Shown in pieces: positions 11,694-27,100 of a stretch of DNA of 64,000 nucleotides. Position numbers and translations under genes: made by a program. How positions within the stretch are numbered: position 1 is the stretch's first letter; each line of letters starts with the position of its first letter. The DNA comes from Azolla caroliniana (taxonomy: Eukaryota; Plantae; Polypodiophyta). The notes under the pieces are model-generated. The model saw nothing but the letters and a program-made list of their open reading frames with translations. It did not search any database and was not told where the DNA came from. The stretch is taken from positions 21,948,001 to 22,012,000 of the forward strand of contig JBHGNT010000005.1 in the NCBI GenBank assembly GCA_043228905.1. The letters run 5' to 3'.

Positions 11694-14600
11694 TTAATGG
11701 TTGGCTAACGTTGATGCGTCCAATGGTCCTCCAGATCGAGCCTGCTTGCACGTGCATATATACTCATTAGCCAAGAAAAAAAGAAATCCAACCAAATAAA
11801 TGTGATTCCAAGAACCTGTGAAATGCGATTTGCATATATAGTAACCAGTCGCAATTGGGTGCTGCTGAGGCTGCCTAGATATGGTAAGAAAGCCTTTCCA
11901 AGGACAATATATATGTCTACTAGGCAGAATACAACAGTCTGCAATACAGAAATCCCAGAATCAAAAGTAAAAATGTGAGTGATGACTCTAAAAATAATCA
12001 GCTGAACCAATACGGAAATTTCCAGCCAGAAATGAAGCCCATACCTTCCGTACATCTGCACTTTGGTTGCCAAAGGCATCAAACAATGCAGGTAAAAATG
12101 ATGGCAATTGTGCCATTAGATCCTCCGATGGAAGCCTTCCCACCAGCTGAGAAAAGTAAAATTGATCACTTCAAATCCATCAACTTACTATTAACTATAA
12201 TGGACATTTATTGAAGTCTTTTGCTGCTTTTTTTAACATGATCTACCAAAATATATACCGTAAAGCAACCTCAACAAATAAGAATACAACCTTTGTTAGA
12301 CATCCGATACATGTTACAAGTGTCTTCTCATCCTCACTATTTAAAAGTGGAACGATAACCTGATTCAGTATTTACTGTTAGTAAGCAAATGGTCAACCAT
12401 CGAAGTCCCCCCTCAATAAAAACAGGTAAATGATACTTACTGAAAGACAACGATACGGATCATATTGAGATAAAACCAAAGAAAGGCAGCCATCTGCAGC
12501 AGCAGAAACCTGCTCCATTGTGTGCATTAAGAATGTCAAACTAAGCATTCATAAATTTCCAAGATAAGAATGGAACATTACAAAAACAGAAATGTACCTT
12601 GGCTATTAGATCTCGGGTGCTGTGAAGCAGTTTCTCTAGTATCAACTCTACAGAATCCTCAAGCATGTCTTTCTGAAAAATCAAAACCATCAACCAGGGT
12701 TAGGATAGATCTATCAAAATAGGAAACAATTAGCAAAATATCAATCACCTGATTCCCCAACATCTCCAAAACAGTCAATAAGGCCAGCTCCCTGACTGAC
12801 GGATCAGCATCATCAACAGCCTCCAGCAAACCCGTCAATATTTGATTAAGAAACTAAAAATAAATCTTGAAGTTAGTTTCAATTTGAGAACAAAAAAGAA
12901 AGAGTTATGTAATAACCGACCTGTGTCCATATGGGAGCTGCATTAGCCTTGGATAGTTGAAGAAATTCCTGCAGGGCAAATCGTTTCTTTTCAATAGCCT
13001 TCTCGTCCGATCCTGAGGATAACTGTGTAGTATAAGGAAAAGGTTAGCACATATTCATCAATAATTCCTTCCAGAGATGAATGAGTCAACAAAAGAACTT
13101 GCCTGGTTTAACCAAGCTGGTATATTGGCAGCTGTATCTTCAGGTGACAAGTTTTTGCTTGTTTTTTGCTGAGCGCTCTTCTGTAGAGTCAATTCATTTG
13201 ACTCAACTTGTCTCTCACTTGCATTCTTCTCCTCTTGTGCCGCTGGATCTGGGTGTACATTGTTAGGATAAATATGTGAATCAGCATGTGAAAATATGCC
13301 ATCTTCATACTCCCGTTTTGAATCTAGACTGCTGCGACCCATCATTGAAGGTCGATCAGACCAGCCCTCTGGACTTCCATCAGGAACATTTCTACTGTTC
13401 TTATTCCTAGAGGACAACATTGATTCATGCACAGGAGATGGAGGTTCGTAGTTATGGAAATACGTTACATTCACATCATCAGTTGCTGATTGAACAGTAA
13501 TCCTATTCCCGTACTGTGTAGATTCTCCAGCACTGCCACCGCTCCACTTCCTGATTCCATCATTACTGAAAGAAGTTGAGTAACTTGCTGACGATTGATT
13601 CTTTATAACAGAAAGATTTGGCCTTCCCGATGATAGCCCATAGTTATCGTCCATGGCATGAGAAATGTCAAGTTGATCATGAGTAGAAGACTTTGACCGA
13701 GATTTCTGGCTTCTATTTTGCAAAAAATTCATTAACTCTACTTCTATTCTCGGAGTGTATTGCTTTAAAGCTCGTCTGAGTCTACTTTGCTCTTCAATAG
13801 TAAGCCCAATAATAAAATTCAGAACTGTGGAAGAGTCAAAGTGGGTGTATACAGATATAATACCATTAACCGCAGTTTCTTTCAATTTAGCATTCTTATC
13901 AGTCGCCAGAGGAGCAAGTTTAGCAAGCCACATCTTTAATAAGTTATTGCCAGGTGCAGCCTCCCCATTGATTGCGAGTTTAGCAAAAGCAGTTCTTGCA
14001 AAGTCAAGAACAGCAATTTTTGCTTTCGGCGACCTTTGTTCATCAAGAGATCTCAATAGAGCAGGCAACAAGGAGTCAATGCTATACAGATTGCCCATGA
14101 TTTCTAGAGCAGAAGTACCCAGTTGCCGAATAAATTCCTTGGGATCTACCAAACGTGAGAAAATATGAGGGAGTATCCTCTCTAAGTACGACTCAAATGG
14201 CTTGCGGCATGCAGGCACAAGCTCTGTTAAAGTAGACAGTGCAGCTTGAGCAACTTTATGATGTGGATCATCTAAGTGCATTGAGAAAAGCTTCATAACC
14301 TTCTCAAAGCTCTGCATCAGGTCTTGAACACCTTTTGGACCCTGCAATAGAAGCCACTTCAAATAATTGAATGCAGAAACTCTAGCAGACCAATCAGCAT
14401 TTGGACTCAAGCCTTCAGTCAAAGCATCATTTAAAGATGTCAAACCATCCACGTAGTTATAGGCATCCGTAAAAGGAAGCTGTGCCTCTTCCAAACTGCT
14501 CCTGCTAGAAGACCGTGTGGATGGTGTCGCCCTCATCAAAGGCCTTTGAAACCCTGGTATATAATTATGAGAATTATCTCTGTAATAAGAATCTTTACTA

Positions 14601-17600
14601 CCATAGTCCACCATTAGCTTGTCTGTCTGTGGTTCAGCTTTCGAAAATTTTCTCATTACTTTGTTGTCAACACCATCATCATTTGAGCTTCCCTGACTGG
14701 ACCTGTCTGAATTGATGGGCACTCGTTTCACAGAATACAGAGGGAGAATTGAAGATGTAGGGTTTCCACTTGAGAAGGCATTTCTAGCAAAATCAGCAGA
14801 GGTGGTCTGCATGGTTGCAAAATTACTAGCACTAGTTGGTGCAGCATTGCCAGTTTGAATGCCTCTAAGATAACTTATTGCAGTCCCAGTGACGGAGCTG
14901 CGAACACCAGTCTGTGGGGTAGATGCTGGATAAGGAGGGTCTCGTGCCGAAGGAGGATCCACACCAACTCGAGTTGCGAAAGTTGACGCATGTATTTTTC
15001 TGTAGCCTCCACCAGCTGGACTCCACACCATCAAGTTTAGAGAAAATCCATTCACATTACATAAACAATGAGCTTTATGTACAGAGGTGTAGAGCAATGT
15101 TAAACAAGGCTAAAATACACTGATATATATTAATGATAAAGAAATATCTGTGCAGCTTATCACCTTGATCTTTCCCATTAGTACGGCCACTAGATAAATC
15201 ATTCTTCTCTGAGACATCCATTCCTTTGAGCATAGTCTCAATTGCATTCACCTGCTGTTGGCTGGCTTGTAATACACTCTCCAAGCTTCTATCTGCAGGT
15301 GCCCTTTGGGCTGGCAATATGCTACTTGTCCTTTCCATAGGTACAATAGGCGTAGGTCCAACTGTTACCAACTGACTTCCAGCAGAAGCCGATTGAGTGA
15401 CACCTGCCACTGCTGATGAATGCTTTTGCTGCTGAGTAGTCCTGTCCCTTAACAAAGGTGATGCATATCGTTTGTGGATACCCCCTTCCTCCTCATTGAT
15501 GAGCTGCAATCAGTAAATCTATAACGTTATTGTCAAGAAAAAAATACACCTTTAATGTAATATATCGGCAAATGTTCCATTCCAAGAGCATCAACTCAAG
15601 CATTATGATGAGCAAAATTCATTATGTATTGCAACAAGTATTTCAATATTCATATACCCTTTGGATAACAGGATCAAAACTTGCAAACAATTTACGTGCA
15701 CGATCAGGCCAGCACTTGGAAAATACTCGATAGCATGTCCGTGCTGTCGAACGGACCTTCAGAATCATGAAAACTCTTATTATCAATACATGAGTACAAT
15801 CAAGGTTTCAATGCAAAATTCAGTAGATAATCTTTCAAATGATCTACATTCAGAAACATTAGCAAAGAATCCTAACTCAAACACAAAATAAAGTTGAAAG
15901 CCTTGCACCTCACTCATAGCATCCCCTGTACAGCACTTGATAAGATCTTCATACATTTCTACCAACTTCTGTATTTCTGGTGAATCTGACCACTGCTCCA
16001 AAACTAAGAGTGAATATTCACAACATCTGCACCACAACCCAACATGTTTCCAAAGTCACATCAACACAAGTCAATAAGCTTACAATGACACCATTGATCA
16101 TAGATACCTCGCTCTTAGCACAGAGTTCCTGTCATTTTTTGCTGAGTCCATGATCCGAGGCATAACTCGAGCTACACGACAATTTCTCAGCATCTGTAGA
16201 CATGAAAATTTGGACACAGAAAATTTTAAAGAGTGTATGCAAGGGACAGACAGACGAGAAAATGAAGAAAGAAGTGCTTACAGTTTTAATGCAGGTATCT
16301 GCTGACTCTGCAATGACTAACACGGTGATCACTACAAGTTTGAACAGCATCTGCATGTGAGGAGAAAGGTCAATTCACATACATACTATCTCCTACAAAG
16401 AAATCACGTAAATGCAGAACGTTCTCAGGATTAGTGACTCACAGGAATGAAAGCTTCAGCACATTGCTCAAAATCAGCCAGAAGCTCCTTAGAAAATAGA
16501 TTGAGCAACTGGCAAGCCTGCAAAAAGAAATTCAATCAATTGGATTACAAGATAAGTGTAAAATGAACAATTTCAATGGACATTCTAAAGGTATACATTT
16601 TATTACATAACCTGCAGAACTATCTGTAATACTACATCAGAGTGTCTGAATTATGGCATTAAAAAGGTTTGATGGGTTTTTCCAAGTGCATATTCAAGTT
16701 CCATGTTCAAGAGTTAGTATCATCTGTCTGCCATTAATTTTAATGAGTTCATATGTTGTTAACAGGCCACCAGCTCTGTAGGATGTTTCTAACAATTAAT
16801 TGAATGCAATGAAACTGCTCTTCACAAAATTTAAAACATGTTATGCAAAAGGAACATTATAAGTAATAGTGACCTGTTTTACAATGCTTGATCTTCGGTC
16901 TGCAAGCTGAAGACTTAGTGGGCCTACTAATTGCTTCAGAAGTGACGGAAAACAAGCATATTGAGCCGCGCCTACACATATTAAAAGAAAAGGAGTTTTA
17001 AAAAGAAAAACGTATGAGTTCAATTTTCATAAAAGAAAAACTAACCTCCAGCTACAAGGCCTTCTATTCTTTGCATTGCTACCATCCTCACTGACCAATC
17101 TTGTTCTGGAGCAAGCATCCCACAGACTTTTTCGATCTCCTTTGTCAATTCCTTTTCTGAATAAACTCGGACAGGTTCCACTGGCTTTTCTGATGTGTCA
17201 CTCTCCCCTATACAACAAATATTGGTTTCATTTAGCTAGCCAACATTATCTCAAGTTTATTCACTAACTAAATACTATGTTTCCACAAAACCTACATAGC
17301 ACACAAAATTTCCAATACTAGATTCTAAAATTGTTCCTAAAATGTGAAAATAAAATTTTGGTAAATGTAAATATGAGTATCTAGCAACATACAAATACCT
17401 ATGACAATGAACTGACACAATTACATACCCCTTTTGTAGGCCTTCCCTCTACCAGACGAAAATTGAATGTCCATTAGTTATAAATAATGGCTGAGATTAT
17501 CTAGTGTATTCTTCCTAGAGCTTCGAAAATATCCGTACTAGATCATGTAAGCATCCATATTTATCTAGGTTGGAGTGCTGTTAGCTGAAGGATGATTAAA

Positions 17601-19219
17601 AATGCAATTAAATATTTAAAAATAATGAAGCAGTGAAAAATGTATCATGTATTTCAGGAATCACATTTCAGCCCATTGAAACATGTTTCTCAGCATCATT
17701 GTGTACATATTCATACACATGAGAATATGGAGGGTCAGGAATGTCTATAAGCCTTATGTCTGGCCTATGTTGTGCATGATGCTATAAAGATTACAAAAAG
17801 GATATGGGGAACTATAGCTATGTACAGTTGCTGATAATAAGTAGGGGCTGCATGATCGCCTTCATCCGTGGAGGGTGAGAAATAGAGAGTGAATGACCAA
17901 GTCAACGAAAAGGTACTGTCCATAAATCACATGATCTATCAGGCTTTTACTGAATGATTGCATAGCACTAGAAAGAATACCAACATTGTCAACCTATAAT
18001 GAACAAACTCAACCATATTCTAGTATACTAACCTCCATGTGAATTGGATTCCAAAGTAGAAGTCTTGATTTTAGGGCTGCTTCGACGGTTTCCTAATGAT
18101 GGTAGATTTGAATGGACCTTCACATCTTGTCCAACCTGGTTTGTAATCCCATCATAAGAGGGAACTGGTTTGGGCTCAATCTTTTCAAACCTGGCATGAA
18201 TTTCTTTTAACTGCAATCAATCAGGCATCCATTTAGTAAAATATATATTTGCATATTCCACTGAAAAAAAACAGCTCTGTAATAGGACAGCACTATCATT
18301 TGGGTATTTCAATGGAATAAATTCAGCTCTGTAATGAAATGGCACTACCATTAAATCTCTTTCACAAAAAGTAAGAGACTTGCCTGTGAAGATCGTAGTG
18401 AATGGTGTTGTAATTCCTCCTGAAGTTGTCCACCTCCTTGACGATACATTTCCTGCATAGAACTATGCACTAACTTAGAAAGAAACCAAACGCACTCCAG
18501 GAAAAACATATTGAATTAAGTTCCTACCTCTAAACAAACCATAGCTGCTTCTCTGGCATTGCTATTAGGATCTTCCAAAAGTTGCAATACCTGTAAGAAC
18601 AACATTTGTTATATTCATTCCTGTGAACCTTAAGGCAACAAGTAATATATTATCAACACTTGACATTTAAATCAATAATTCACCGATGGCAGGAGTAATC
18701 GCTGAAATGGAAGCTCCGTTGCAGCAAAAAGATTGATGGCAGATGCAACAGTGCGTGCAAACTCCTCTCTAACCTTCCAGTTTTTATGTGCCCAAGCATA
18801 GCTTCCTGCTCGCTCTACAATAATAGTAGGAGATGAAATCTGGGTAACGGCAAAAAACAAATATTCAGTGAAATTTAAAGAGGATTAGACTATTTTCATA
18901 ATAATGATAATCAACCATTCAAAAGCCAGAAATGCAAGACGCATTGAATAGATAACACTTGACACTGGCAGAAATCATAAGTATTATTATCCTATAATAT
19001 CCCAAGCGTTATCCATGAAATAAATCTTGGTAAATGGACTGACAGCCCAGGTGAGATCCTCCTATTTTCCCCCCTAGGGGCAATTATGTAATTTCAGGAT
19101 CAATATTAAAACTCAAAACCTCATTGTTCCAAGCTACACTGGACTTCAAATGTAAACAAAATACCATTGAAGACTAATTATGCATATGTGATTCTGGTTA
19201 ATTATGTGAACTTTGAAAT

Positions 19220-19288
<69 letters not shown>

Positions 19289-19805
19289 TATAGATAGATA
19301 GATAGATAGATATTAAAATTCTAATCTTTCAACCCAAAGTTCAATCTCAAAACCTTACATTAGCCTTCACCATTAAGCATAAAAAGAGGCTAATATGACC
19401 TGCCATGCAGACTTCAAAAATGAAAACAAAGCCTCTGATGGGGACAAAAGAGTAGAAGAATCGAGAACATACCTCCATTAGGGCAAGAAGCAATCGTCTG
19501 GCAGCATCTCGAACAGGTTGTTTTCCATCACCAAGCCGTTCAGCAATTGCAGGCAATAGCACATTAAAATGAAGTTTCAAATGTTCACTTGACAAAGCTG
19601 AGGCAGAAGCAAGGGCCTGAAGAGTTCCTTGGCAAACCCTAAAATTATTATCTTTCAGAAGAACAAGGGAAGCATCAACAAGATTTGCCACCTCCAATGC
19701 AGAAAGGCTCCTTCTGCTCTGCTCCAAAAGAGCTTGCAACCTCTCTACCCCAGCCATTCTTTCCTTTGTATCCTTTGCCTGAAGTAGCTCCAATGCTTCC
19801 TCCAT
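11694..19805 (-). CDS. CLASP: CLIP-associated protein (CLASP), TOG/HEAT-repeat microtubule-associated protein, 22 coding exons, ~1483 aa
   Basis: N-terminus MEEALELLQAKDTKERMAGVERL, internal GVDPPSARDPP and DWSARVSAFNYL, C-terminus TVVFCLVDIYIVLGKAFLPYL..LSSTQLRLVTIYANRISQAR. Hand-derived exons: 19805-19473, 18839-18684, 18590-18528, 18452-18384, 18210-18033, 17207-17046, 16971-16874, 16517-16443, 16350-16282, 16193-16108, 16026-15909, 15756-15658, 15503-15164, 15015-13103, 13022-12921, 12853-12749, 12672-12598, 12509-12441, 12359-12291, 12146-12045, 11938-11816, 11741-11694. Total 4452 nt in frame; two introns have GC donors. Confidence 0.96.
19222..19312. repeat. Compound (AT)n(ATGT)n(ATAG)n microsatellite in the first coding intron of CLASP
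   Basis: Read directly. Confidence 0.95.
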
Positions 19806-20860
19806 TGCAAGCCAGATGTGATGAAGAGACCATATACATAAAAAGAGGGAGTTGATACCACTGGTAAATAAAGCAAATTATTTATCTCTTGTATGATTTG
19901 TGTCTTCTATAAAAACGCATATCTATAGAAAATAGCTTGATACCACTGCAAAATAGAGGGAAATTCATCTTTCTGTAGGATAGATCCTTTGATTGAAGAA
20001 CGTTTAAATAAGAGCTCTAAACACATTAACAGAACAAATAGATGAAAAAGACTTGATACTGATATTGTTGCAAAAATGAGTGAATTTTATGTTTTGTGAG
20101 CATGAAGCTTCCACAAAACCAGCTTATGTAAAAGTTATATGTATAAATTACGAGACCATATAGATGAAGGACCGAAAATAAAGACCTTTTGAAGGCATAT
20201 TTCTTCCATCAAAAGCACTTAACATAAGAGACATTGTCCATTAAGAACTGATACCACTGTGTTAAAGAGAATTTACCTGTAGGTTTTTTCCTTTGATCAG
20301 AGGCTCCTTGTAAAATATTTATATACACATTAAGATTGTGTTGAGGTTTTGCATTCTAGATGATGGCTGTGAAGAGCCAATGTACTTACATACATATCTG
20401 TGGAGACACATGTATATATGTGGGTGGTGTGCGTGTGTCTGCATATTTATGCATGTAAGCATGGCATATGCATACCTATATACATGCATGTATATGAAGA
20501 TACCATAACTAGACAGATCGGAATTCAACTTCAGGAGCTCGTTTTCTTCTATCAAATCTATATACTGACAACATTACTAAACAAACCATAATATAAATAA
20601 GATCAATACCATTGTGACACAAAGAAAAATGAGCTCTGCTACTTCTATCAAATACGGTTTACACTTTATATCTACATTAAGACGTTATATACATAAGGAT
20701 TGATACCATTGAGGTGTAGAATGGTAATTTACCTTACAGTAAATTCTTCGTCTTTGATCTGATCGAATGAGGCTTATACAAAGAGCTATATGCTGATTAA
20801 TAGCGCATGAAGATTTGCTCTTCAGAAGAGATCCTGACCAGAAATTTGATCCTTTCTTAC

Positions 20861-21190
20861 GCCTGGAAGCCAAAGAAGATGAGGATGAAGAAGATCATGA
20901 TAACGATGATGATGAAGATTATGAAAATGGTAACGCCGATGAAGAAGAAGAAACTTCGAATATCCACGGAATCTTTCTCTTTCCTCTGCAGGTTGCTGCT
21001 CTCTCGGAAGAGATAGAGAGAGAACAATGCAGCTACGTCTAAGCACAGAAAGATTAGGGTTTCTTGAGATCAAAGTGAAGCTCGATCTGGAAAGAAGAAG
21101 AAAAATGACAGATCACGACACACAGAAGATAGGGAGGAGAGCAAAAAAAGGCAAAGAATGCCCAACAAAAGAACTCTCACTCTTTCTTTG
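20861..21190 (-). promoter_or_regulatory. Probable non-coding 5' UTR exon of CLASP
   Basis: CT/TTC-rich sense strand. Candidate donor GC|GTAAGA at 20860 and candidate acceptor TACCAG| at 19861, upstream of the ATG. The upstream boundary is uncertain. Confidence 0.45.
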
Positions 21191-21196
21191 TTTCTT

Positions 21197-21206
21197 TCTC
21201 TCTCTT

Positions 21207-21249
<43 letters not shown>
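21197..21249. repeat. (CT)n microsatellite near the presumed CLASP TSS
   Basis: Read directly. Confidence 0.95.
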
Positions 21250-21253
<4 letters not shown>

Positions 21254-21348
21254 CTCTGCACATGTGTCTGTGTCTTGCTGTCGCACTCCGTGTGGAAACC
21301 CTAGAAAAGCTGCAATGGAAGGGGGGGCTAATGCAGAAGAAGGTAGGA

Positions 21349-21350
<2 letters not shown>

Positions 21351-21386
<36 letters not shown>
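21351..21386. repeat. (GA)n microsatellite near the presumed CLASP promoter
   Basis: Read directly. Confidence 0.95.
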
Positions 21387-21389
<3 letters not shown>

Positions 21390-21397
21390 TTTTGTTC

Positions 21398-22050
<653 letters not shown>

Positions 22051-24085
22051 CATGTGTGTGGTTTGAAGCTCGACTCCTTATGGTACCCTCGACAAGATGT
22101 TGAGTCCTAATAGAAACGTTTGATCTATTGTGAAACACCAACACTAGACTCAATGAGTTCTCGGTGCTTAAACAAAATGCTACATTCAAGGCGCAACAAA
22201 ATGTGTCCGCTGATTTACGCCCCCACATTGAGGACGATGCCTACCAGCCAAACCACTGGGAAAACCTATTAGCGCCGGAGGTGGGGGACCTTCTCATTTT
22301 GCATGGAAGCAACTCAAAAGAGAAACTTTTTTAATGGGGTCTCTTCGAGTCAATATGTATGCAAACGACATACATGCTCCTAATTTCTTCGTACATTATT
22401 GCTTCGCATTATTAGATCATGGGCATGGAAAAATGCTTAATGAGTACATGTTTAAGGTTCAAACAAAAAAAAACTCACATCAACTTCCTAAAAATCGCGA
22501 GGAAGCAAATAAAAAAAGATTGAAAGACATGCAAAAGCAAAGGTTTGAGATTTTTGTATGGATTCAATATATGAAGAAAATTGGCTTGGAAAAGGAGACA
22601 TGTTACACATGGTTCATGATGTCTCCAATAGACTCCATGATGAATGAGTTCATTTTATTTGCAATGCATATGGACCATGATTGAGGAGAAATATAGAGGA
22701 TCTAATTTTGCACGTTATATTACGTATATTTCACCAAACTATAAAACCATAGTCTTCTCCATACATTTTCGAGCCCACCCTTTCGTCTGTCATATGCACC
22801 ATTGCTTTCATAAAACTTCGCTCACATTCTACTTTGAGTGATATGGGACATTTGAGCACACAATCAAACATGTTGGCAAAGCGTATTTTGCCCTAAACAA
22901 GTTTGTGAGTATATCATGTTAACTATAATGTTTTACCTTTCATAAACTTTCGAGTTTGTTTTCCCCACGTTGTTATTCTGAACCTATTATTGTACACATT
23001 TCCCTTTGTATCCACAATGTGCATTGAACATTCTCAATTGTATCACTTTGTTAGTAAAATCTTGAACATTGAGAATAAACTCCACACATGCTACATGAAA
23101 ATGGTTCTTCTTTGGTTCCATGGATCATATTTGACCTCCGAGGATGATAACAATATATATATATATATATGATATTTGGATTTTAGCGTTGTTAGTTTAT
23201 GTTGTAGCGTCAAAAGTCATAAACTTAAGAGTACTTGAATTTAGTCCTCGCTACAAGTTCAACCCATCTCATACATCATATTTTAGTGTTCCACGCATTA
23301 AAAATGCATTATCCAACTGACAAAATGCCTCCTCGGAGAATCTTCAATGAAGTACATTGAATTGTTTCCAATCTCCTTCCACACGGACGAATGCTAAGCA
23401 ATTTGGCATTCGAGAGTATATACTTTTAGTTTATAGAAACTATGAGGCCATACATAGTATCGTACAAATCTTCTCCTTCCACATTGATGATGTTAAACAA
23501 ATTGGCATCTAGAACATTGCAACATTAAGAACGATTGTAGGCACTTCACATCCCTCTCTATCAACCATGCTCCAATATTCAAGTCTCACTATTTACATTG
23601 ATTTACTTGATCATATTGTTGAATCTTCACGTCATTGTCTACTTGGTTGTTGGCTTGGTGGTTTACATCATAGCATTGGAGCTGTAAAATATGGGAGAAC
23701 CAAAGGTTGATCATTATCACCAACTTTACCCCACCCCATACATTACATCGAGTCTCTTATGGATGTTCATATTCTTTTTATTCTCTTTGTTTTTACAATT
23801 TGACATCAAAATCATAATGTGTCATTAAGCAACATATTTCTCACCGACTAAGCTTTATACCTTCACTTGACTTATTGTAGAAATCATGGATGTACACCAT
23901 GTGCATCAATTTCTTGCTATCAAGTGATTAATCTCTCCAATTTGGAATAGGAGCCAGAATAATAAGCAAAGCGGAAAATTTGGAGGTATATAGTAGAATG
24001 TCCAATGTTCAACTGCTACATTCCACAGTGTCATCTTGAGATATTTGAACCCCACCATGTGGGTAAATACTCAAGCACCACATGG

Positions 24086-24106
24086 GTCTCTCTCTCTCTC
24101 TCTCTC
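24086..24106. repeat. (TC)n microsatellite (no LINE insertion)
   Basis: Read directly. Confidence 0.9.
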
Positions 24107-27100
24107 ATTTATCCCAAAAACATTTTCTTATGAAGTTTGTTTCAAGTCAACATATAAAAGCTATAGATGCTTCTACTTCTTGAGATAGGGTCATTTTATA
24201 TTGTGTTCACGAGCATGGAAAAAGGTTGTTGGGTACATGTGAATGCCCCTCATATAGACTTCCTATAAACAAATAGGAAGCAACTAAACAATTCAAAAGA
24301 CACAAACACGTAATTTTGAGTTTCAAATGGACTCGAGATATGACGAAATGGTTTGGAATATGGGACATAGTACACTTGCTTCATGGTGCATCACTAGATT
24401 TTTGAATGAATTATCTTATGTTTTCAATGTGTTTGTTCCCCCTCGAAAGAGATACATGTGGAGAGGTTTATGAACTAAAGGTCTATTGGGAACCACGATG
24501 GTCAAATGAACATTATTAAGAGAAAGGTGTCATATAGTTTCTTTAATGTTCTTCAACAAAAGAGACATCTCAATAGTAACAAACACATGATTGGTGTATG
24601 TTGTGGTTGAGTGGACATTATCAAGAAAGAAGTGTGATATTTCTCCTTATCATCTCCTTGCCAAAGAGACTTGCCTCGACGATAATATGGTCACATGTTT
24701 GTTAGAGACTAATATGTTATATTGCTCCTTTGACCTCATCGCTATGTTCACATTGTGTCAACTGATTTGATTCAAGAGACTGAACTATGCTACAAACATA
24801 TGGTCATGGTCCCATATTTTGCTTATGCAAGAGACCATTGACTACACAATACAATTGGATTAGATCTATTAACGCATAAATAATTATGTGGTTATAGACA
24901 ATGTTATGGTGAGAATGTATATCCTCCAAGTGCGACAATAATATCCTACCTTCTCAATGCATGTTATGAAGAAAAGTATAAATGTCTCATTTTCATAATA
25001 ACCTTTTGCATGACCATGAGGTAGATGTAGAATTTCCTCCTTTATTCTACCTTCGATCTCATCTCTAAGCCAACCAAATATTTATTGGTTGATTATGTAA
25101 TGGAAGATGAAGCATGTGTAGAAATATGTAAACGTGAGATGAAAGGGAATATTTGTCAATTTCCTACTCATGGAAGTTAATTATCCACCTAGAAAAGATT
25201 ACAATACATGGATTTTTCACCAATATTGCATTGTGTGAAAAGAGCCACATGAATTATTATATCACATTAGTGAAAACACATAAAAAATGTTGCGTCGAAA
25301 CTTGTTCATGTTAGGTGGAGGAAGAAGCAAGTCTGTTTTTTCTTTCTTCTCACTCTGTCCCCACTAGTTCGAACCTACGATGAGGGTGCACTTAGAACGA
25401 GGTGGAAGGATCATTACTTTTTGTTTCAAAGAGAGGCGAGAAGATAAAGTGTAAGACGATAAAGAGATGATATGCCCTACGATGGTGAAAGACAATTCTC
25501 CTCTCAAGAATTGTGGACAATAATACCATCAATCCAAATGTTCACATTTATTAGGAATTAATCAATACAATTTTTCATGGTGTGATGTACTGCAAATTAT
25601 CGAGCAATTAAACAAATACCTGAAATTTGTTAATATTCATATTTTTAATCATCCTCTTGCAATATGTAAATCATTTGTCGAGGCGATGCAATGTATTCTA
25701 CGTGCATATACTTTATTCAACTTATTTTGAGGGATCAAGATTACACCATTCTTTTTTTAATGTCCTTTGCCTTTTGTTGTTCGTCTTTGGGGTCTTTGAT
25801 TGATTTCTGAAAATATTACGAATAATTAACTATCAATACAGTGATATGTAGCTCTTATACATTGAGCATGAAATTGACTCGTCTTTTGATGACTTCCTTT
25901 AGAATAACTTACGTATGCACATGTAAACAGACAAAGGAAAGAGTACACCATCCATGCATTTTACAACTAAGCATAAAAGTGGATAGATCAAGCAATGAGA
26001 GAAATTAATAAGAGAATTGAGATTGTGACTTTGTTAAAAACCAATCCACTACAACAATAATGCAAGGGCTACTATTATGTCATTATATCTAGAAGAGTTC
26101 ATTCGTATTCTCCTTGTTTCATGTGTTAATTCTACTTATGGGCATCATACATACACATATAAATCTTGAGACAAAGAAAAAATACATTTCTTGTTTTTTG
26201 CTATACCCACGAGATCAAAGAGCTCTTTCATTCATAATGTTGATGGATACACACATGATTTATTTACAGTTGCACATAATTTTATTGTGACGATGTTATG
26301 AATCTAGAAAAAGTGCTAATGTTTGCTCCTCAACTTATGCTTCCAAGTTTTAGTATTTAAACTACACGCCATAATACAATTTAATCTTTAAACCAAAATT
26401 TTAGATTGAAACATGTTGCACGCTTGCTTTTATGTTTACTGCCTTTAAAGCTTGTAAGACTTTCGTGAATAATAAGTAAAGGTTTTCACCACATCTAGTC
26501 AAATAGAAATCTTCCTTGTTAGGTAAAAAGTGAAACTTTTGAACCTTCTATCATAATCCTTCACTACATCATAATCCTTTTATTTTTGTTGGGCGCCAAA
26601 ACTTGAAATTTTCTTTCATAACCTTATTAAATCTTTTGTGGCTTGTGGTTCTTACCTTAATTGCAAATTTCATGCTTTGGGTAGATATACTTTTTTAGAG
26701 AAATCTTCCGGCTTTTCTTTTAGAATTGATGGAGATGTATTTGATACTTTATATTTCAATGTTCTTTTGGACTTACATTTCAAAAAAACTCTCTCTCAAA
26801 AGTAATCATTTTTCATATATAAGAAACATTATTTGCTTATCACTTTTATATATGGATTGTACTTTTTATCAACATTTGACAAATAATATAGCATATGAAA
26901 ATAGAAGAGTTATAAACTTATATGTGCATATGTCTATGTCAAAGTGGTTCGGTCGAAAACCAAGCAATACCTGCCTATATGACAGGTTCAACCCTCTTGA
27001 TAAGAAAAATCGTTGGCTCTAACACAAGGAATTACAAGTTATGTTGAATCCTAGCCAAGAAGACAATTGGTACTGATACATCAACACGGAGGATTCATGG

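Noticed and set aside
19850-20715. TGGTATCA motifs as retrotransposon primer-binding sites
   Set aside because: They lack the GAGC continuation and have no adjacent LTR end or gag; kept only as an intronic repeat.
20807-21073. Acidic or His-rich short ORFs antisense to and upstream of CLASP
   Set aside because: They arise from GAT/GAA trinucleotide low complexity in the presumed 5' UTR; no domain evidence.
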